A stretch of 64,000 bases of DNA, from contig CAIIXF020000001.1 of the NCBI GenBank assembly GCA_903813345.2, positions 16,926,001-16,990,000 of the forward strand, read 5' to 3'. The stretch comes from Owenia fusiformis (Eukaryota). The translations under genes and the position numbers were made by a program. Within the stretch, counting starts at the first letter, position 1; each line of letters begins with the position of its first letter. Positions 59,201 through 64,000 of this stretch are shown here, in pieces. The notes under the pieces are model-generated. The model did not search any database, was not told the DNA's origin, and saw only the letters and a program-made list of their open reading frames with translations.

Positions 59201-59495
59201 AATGGTGGCCACTTTGAAATGTAGTAACCATCGTGAAAATTTATTCTTGAACAAAGTTTTTGTCCCTAGGCATCAGCATCTAAAATTTGAACGGAATCTA
59301 TCAGTTCATATTTGAGTTATCAAAGATTACATTTTTTACAAAAATGGTGGCCATTTTGAAATGAGTAGCCATATTGAAAATTCCTTCTCGAGCAGAGGTT
59401 CTACCCCCATAAAGGCATAAGCTTTTAAAATTTTAATCAAATCCGTCATCCAGTATTTGAGTTGTCGCCCAGACAAACGGACGGACGGACGAATG
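56255..59495 (-). mobile_element. HINE interrupted by a Kolobok-like element (about 56388-58490) that is itself interrupted by a Harbinger-like element
   Basis: Terminus gcaactccacggagtagcaaatcccaccgaac near 56270; core repeats 58500-59400; GGAC repeats near 59480; 56388-56720 and inverted 58210-58490 resemble 35045-35280. Confidence 0.6.
56726..58150. mobile_element. PIF/Harbinger-like foldback element with TAA TSD and long GC-rich arms
   Basis: TAA|TGGTACGTTTACACCAACG ... CGTTGGTGTAAACGTACCT|TAA; arms about 56726-57185 and 57800-58150; left arm has a ~165-bp direct duplication. Confidence 0.85.
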
Positions 59496-60004
59496 GAATG
59501 TGAGATTAAGTAAAAATATACAAAGCAATAACATGCAAAATGTAACCACCTGTCATTACCTTCAAAACCTGCTTTCCAATGGTTTACCTCTAAATAATCT
59601 ACAAATGCTACTAGAAACATTTTGATTTCCATGCTTCATAAAAAGAACATCACTGTCAAAAAGTTACTTCCACTGTATTGAAATAAAGATGAGCTGGAAA
59701 TGATTGAAAATCACTTTCAATCCTCAGTCTTATCATGACTTTTAAGGTTCAATAGCCGACTTTGAATGAACCTTCATGTATATTTCGAAATTGGAACCAT
59801 CTGAGAAGGTTTGAAATCATGCAATCAACTCTAAAGTCAGAATTTTTTTTAACCATTGTCTCTAAAGCACAATGTGCCTTTCTAAAATATATCAAAAACT
59901 GGCTAAATGAGGTGATAATTTTACCATAACATGCACACATAATAATTTTACACACATGCATCAGAATCAATAATAAAAAAATAGGTGACAGTTTCTACAT
60001 TACG

Positions 60005-60215
60005 TGTGACAGAGAATGCACGTACATTACAATCACTGAATCAGAGAGAAGTGATATAATTTCACCATGACATGTGGCCGAGAATGCACATGCATTAGAA
60101 TTACTGAATCAGAAAGAAGTGATATAGTAATTCACCATGACATGTGGCAGAGAATGCACATGCATTAGAATTACTGAATCAGAAAGAAGTGATATAGTAA
60201 TTCACCATGACATAT
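60005..60215 (+). repeat. ~70-bp tandem repeat, 3 copies
   Basis: gagaatgcacatgcattagaattactgaatcagaaagaagtgatatagtaattcaccatgacatgtggc. Confidence 0.85.
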
Positions 60216-60239
60216 ACATGCGAATTGGTATAGTTTGTA

Positions 60240-61195
60240 GAATGCGAATAATGAATTTAGAATATGAGCAAAATAGAATGTAAGTTAGGAATTTAAAACA
60301 TGAGCAAAATAGGATGTGAGTTATGAATTTAGAATATGAGCAAAATAGGATGTGAGTTATAATTTAAGAATGAGAGCAAAATAGAATGTGAGTTATGAAT
60401 TTGGAGTATGAGCAAAATAGAATGTGAGTTAGGAATTTAGGACATGAGCAAATTAGAATGTGAGTAAAATAGAATGTGAGTTATGAATTTAGAACATGAG
60501 CAAAATAGAATGTGAGTTATGAATTTAGAATGTGAGGAAAATAAAATGTGAGTTATAAATTTAGAACATGACCAAAATAGGATGTGATTTATGAATTTAG
60601 AATATGAGCAAAATAGGATGTGAGTTATAATTTAAGAATGAGAGCAAAATAGAATGGGAGTTATGAATTTGGAGTATAAGCAAAATAGGATGTGAGTTAT
60701 GAATTTAGAATATGAGCAAAATAGAATGTGAGTTATGAATTTAGAATATGAGCAAAATAGAATGTGAGTTATGAATTTAGAACATGAGCAAAATAGAATG
60801 TGAGTTATGAATTTAGAATGTGAGGAAAATAAAATGTGAGTTATGAATTTAGAACATGACCAAAATAGGATGTGAGTTATGAATTTAGAATATGAGCAAA
60901 ATATGATGTGAGTTATAATTTAAGAATGAGAGCAAAAGAGAATGTGATTATGAATTTGGAGTATGGGCAAAATAGAAAGTGAGTTAGGAATTTAGGACAT
61001 GAGCAAATTAGAATGTGAGGAAAATGAAATGTGAGTTATGAATTTAGAATATAAGCAAATAAAAATGTGAGTAATGAATTTAGGACATGAGCAAATTAGG
61101 ATGTGAGGAAAATAAAATGTGAGTTATGAATTTAGAATATGAGCAAATAAGAATGTGAGTAATGAATTTAGAAAGTGAGCAATCTAGAATGTGTA
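60240..61195 (+). repeat. 36-bp purine-rich minisatellite, about 25 copies with variant units
   Basis: gaatttagaatatgagcaaaatagaatgtgagttat. Confidence 0.95.
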
Positions 61196-63239
61196 CAGAA
61201 TGTGAACCAGATAATTATCTTATGTTGGATGTAACTAATGAAGAACCTAAGCGAGCAAGGTCCAGCCTACCACTCTCGTCATCATGATAAATTAATAGAC
61301 AATTATACGACTGATTAATCTTTAAATACAATTTGAAGCTTGAATGGTTTCAACAATGTTTTGAGCATTGAGAAAAATGTTTTTTTCAGTGCAGCATTGT
61401 TTATACTATTGATGGGGACTACATGCAAACGAAACAAATATAAATCGATATACTACACAGAAAATATACAGCTGATAGATGATCAATATATATATGTATT
61501 TCATACCTACTGAGGTTCTAGGTACATGACGAGCGGGAATATATACTGTATTTAGCCAAGGCCCGGGGCGGGATACAGTATATTATTTCCAGGGGAGGAT
61601 ACCATATCACACCCCAGTTATACTCAGTAACAGTGTGGGTCATATCCACAGTAGCCCTAGGCAGATGTTAATATCTAGAGTTGAGTGTAAAATTGAAGTG
61701 CCTCGCCACAGTTTACATGAAATTCGCCATTTTTGAATATTAGAACAAAGTCAATTTTAAGTACTGTCATAAACATATTACTTTACCGAGATTTTTATTT
61801 GCAAGAAAACTGTGAGTATACATATAATTCATTATCAGTAGCAAGTGTAATTTTTCATTGGCGAGGGTGAAAACACAAGTCAATTGCCACTTGTCGAGTG
61901 ACAGAAAAATCCTAAGACCCACACTGAGTATTAAACTATATTATCCAACCCAAAAGAGCACTAAAGTCGTGTATGGACTGAGTAGGCACAGGTGCATAAA
62001 TAAATTATCAAACTACTAAAGAGGGTCACTTAATGAACAATGCAATACGCAATTCCATGTTGGCTTAATTAATTGCAATATGTTCATCAGTGTCATCATT
62101 GAATCACACTGGGATTTATAAGTATAGACAGTGAATCAATACTTTCCAATAAAGTCATTATGATAAAATATACTGTAACATAAAGAAAAACTATAAAAGT
62201 TAGCATGTAGTGTAAGGCATCAGCGCATCATGAGGAGATTTAAACAACGTAATCTAGAGTTCTTAGAATGTATATTACAGCAAAGGAAATGAAATGTAAT
62301 AAATGAATAAATATTTATTCCAAGAAAATAACATGTCTGAATTAATACAGCATCAATAGGCCTCATGGAGGTTATCAATCGTTCAAGTTATCGTGAGTGA
62401 TCGTACATTTCTGAAGCTTTCAAGATTGGATATAAATTAAGGAACTATAACAAAAAAGGATACCTTGGATTGATTTAAAATCATTACTCCCATTTACAGT
62501 CTAACTTGGTTCTATAATGATACTTGGACAGCTGCATATAAAGCCTATAAAGCATCTTATCTTATACTGGCACATTAGCCAGTTTAGCTGTGACCACACG
62601 GACATCATCTATCAAATATAATAACAGGATATAAAACAAACCGCAAAAACATGAACTGAATTATCGCTCGCTAGCAAAACTGATTACAATGACAACAAAG
62701 TGAGAAGAAGAAGCACGATTTGTGAGCTTGAATTATTTGTCGTTGATGATTGATCATACTAGCAATTTATTTGTAGATCAAAACGACCATCAGTTATGGC
62801 AAACAGATGATTTTGATGATTAAATAAGCCTTTAATATATGGAATATTCAAACATGATGCTGAATACAAAATGATGGTTATTATGACACAGTAAGTGTAA
62901 GTGTAAGTGTTACGCAGGAATCAAAGTGATGTACTTTATACTGTAATTTGCAGGATATCAAATTATCGTATACCATCAATTTAAAAAATAGATATTTAAT
63001 AACAAACAGAATGTTCTGTGCAATCTCATGCAAAGATACCTCACGTGTTACTGTTATGTAGCATATTTTTTGTAATAACGTGATCACTATGATTGGACCA
63101 CACACCTTGCATGAGAACGCTTATAAGCAATAATGCTCATCATTTACTTTTTATCTGACTGTAGAAGATGCTCTTCATCAGCACATGAACATTTGTAATA
63201 GAAACATTTCGTACAGATTTTAGAGAATTAAGTTCAGCT

Positions 63240-64000
63240 ATGGAGGTATTACAAAATGATACTGAAAATGTGGACAACTCAACAAATGACATTCAATCGA
63301 CATATGAGTTGCTTCAATCGAATAAAGGATTTATTATATACATGGCGATTATTTTTGTTTGTGGGGTAATTGGAAACGCTATAATAATACGGGTATATTG
63401 GAAAAGGCAGAAACACCACGCTTCAGCTACCAAGTCATTTATCAAAACATTAGCCGTAACTGATTTACTTCTTTGTGTGCTTATCATACCTTACAGTATT
63501 ATCTTCGAGCTGCACTTGATACACAATTTGGTGCTCTGCAAAGTATTTGAATTTATTCGTCATTTTATGATTGCTCAAGCCTTGTTAACGATGGTGGGGG
63601 TGGCTATTGAACGATATTTTGCCATATGTCATCCCCTGAAACATTTCTCTCGATTACTGGGTCGAGTCATAATCACTGGCTGCACACTGGTATCATTCCT
63701 AACCGCTTTGCCAATCCTTTTTACATACGAACTGCATTACATAAATGGACAAGCGCATTGTGATATGCCGCTTGAACACACAAGGCATGGCTATGGCGTT
63801 TTTCTCACGATAGGATTTCTAGGTATGATCGTGACAACTGTTGTATTGTATGGCTTGGTGTACAAAGTTGTGTTACAGAGAGCATTGCGCTGGCGGAAAA
63901 AAGTACAGCCAATCAACACGTCACAAAAGAGAAAAGATGGAGATGACAATATGAAATCAAGTTGTATTTCATTACCTAACAGAATCGAGAATTGTACATC
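63240..64000 (+). CDS. Rhodopsin-like (class A) GPCR, orphan/neuropeptide-receptor-like, TM1-TM5, continues past the window end
   Basis: Uninterrupted ORF from ATG 63240: N-glycosylation sequons NDT and NST, GVIGN (TM1), LAVTD (TM2), LCK, VAIERYFAICHPL (ERY motif), ALP (TM4), extracellular-loop Cys, VVLYGLV (TM5). Absent from the ORF track because it has no stop in the window. Confidence 0.92.
   Translation, partial: MEVLQNDTENVDNSTNDIQSTYELLQSNKGFIIYMAIIFVCGVIGNAIIIRVYWKRQKHHASATKSFIKTLAVTDLLLCVLIIPYSIIFELHLIHNLVLCKVFEFIRHFMIAQALLTMVGVAIERYFAICHPLKHFSRLLGRVIITGCTLVSFLTALPILFTYELHYINGQAHCDMPLEHTRHGYGVFLTIGFLGMIVTTVVLYGLVYKVVLQRALRWRKKVQPINTSQKRKDGDDNMKSSCISLPNRIENCT

Overview
AT-rich metazoan genomic DNA, probably a lophotrochozoan invertebrate (inferred from repeat types and gene style). 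It is not prokaryotic, and I saw no rRNA, tRNA or CRISPR. Three host genes: (1) an l(3)mbt/L3MBTL1-3-4-family chromatin-reader gene on + with 19 hand-spliced coding exons at 11874-27591 (about 1044 aa: acidic N-terminus, FCS zinc finger, 3 MBT, 2 C2HC fingers, SAM) and a probable CpG-rich promoter near 2.6-2.9 kb; (2) the last 7 coding exons of TRAPPC12 on - (42341 to 33257), convergent with it; (3) the 5' part of an apparently intronless class A GPCR on + from 63240, possibly nested in a TRAPPC12 intron. Introns and UTRs hold many non-autonomous DNA transposons (Helentron-like HINEs; Tc1/mariner/pogo-, Harbinger-, Kolobok-, MULE- and Transib-like), one 5'-truncated LINE and several minisatellites. 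Best candidate for an undescribed system: a pogo/Tigger-derived ORF (Psq-HTH + CENP-B HTH, DETG changed to EETG, DDE domain cut short, no TIRs seen) in an l(3)mbt intron, bounded by splice sites whose phases let it join the MBT and C2HC/SAM exons in frame, i.e. a putative host-transposase fusion isoform. Also notable: HINE orientation flips at the convergence point of the two genes, an inverted MITE pair brackets the FCS-MBT exon block, an exon end plus splice donor is amplified 7-fold, and two CAC...GTG foldback elements have 5-bp TSDs. All splice models are manual and lack transcript support.
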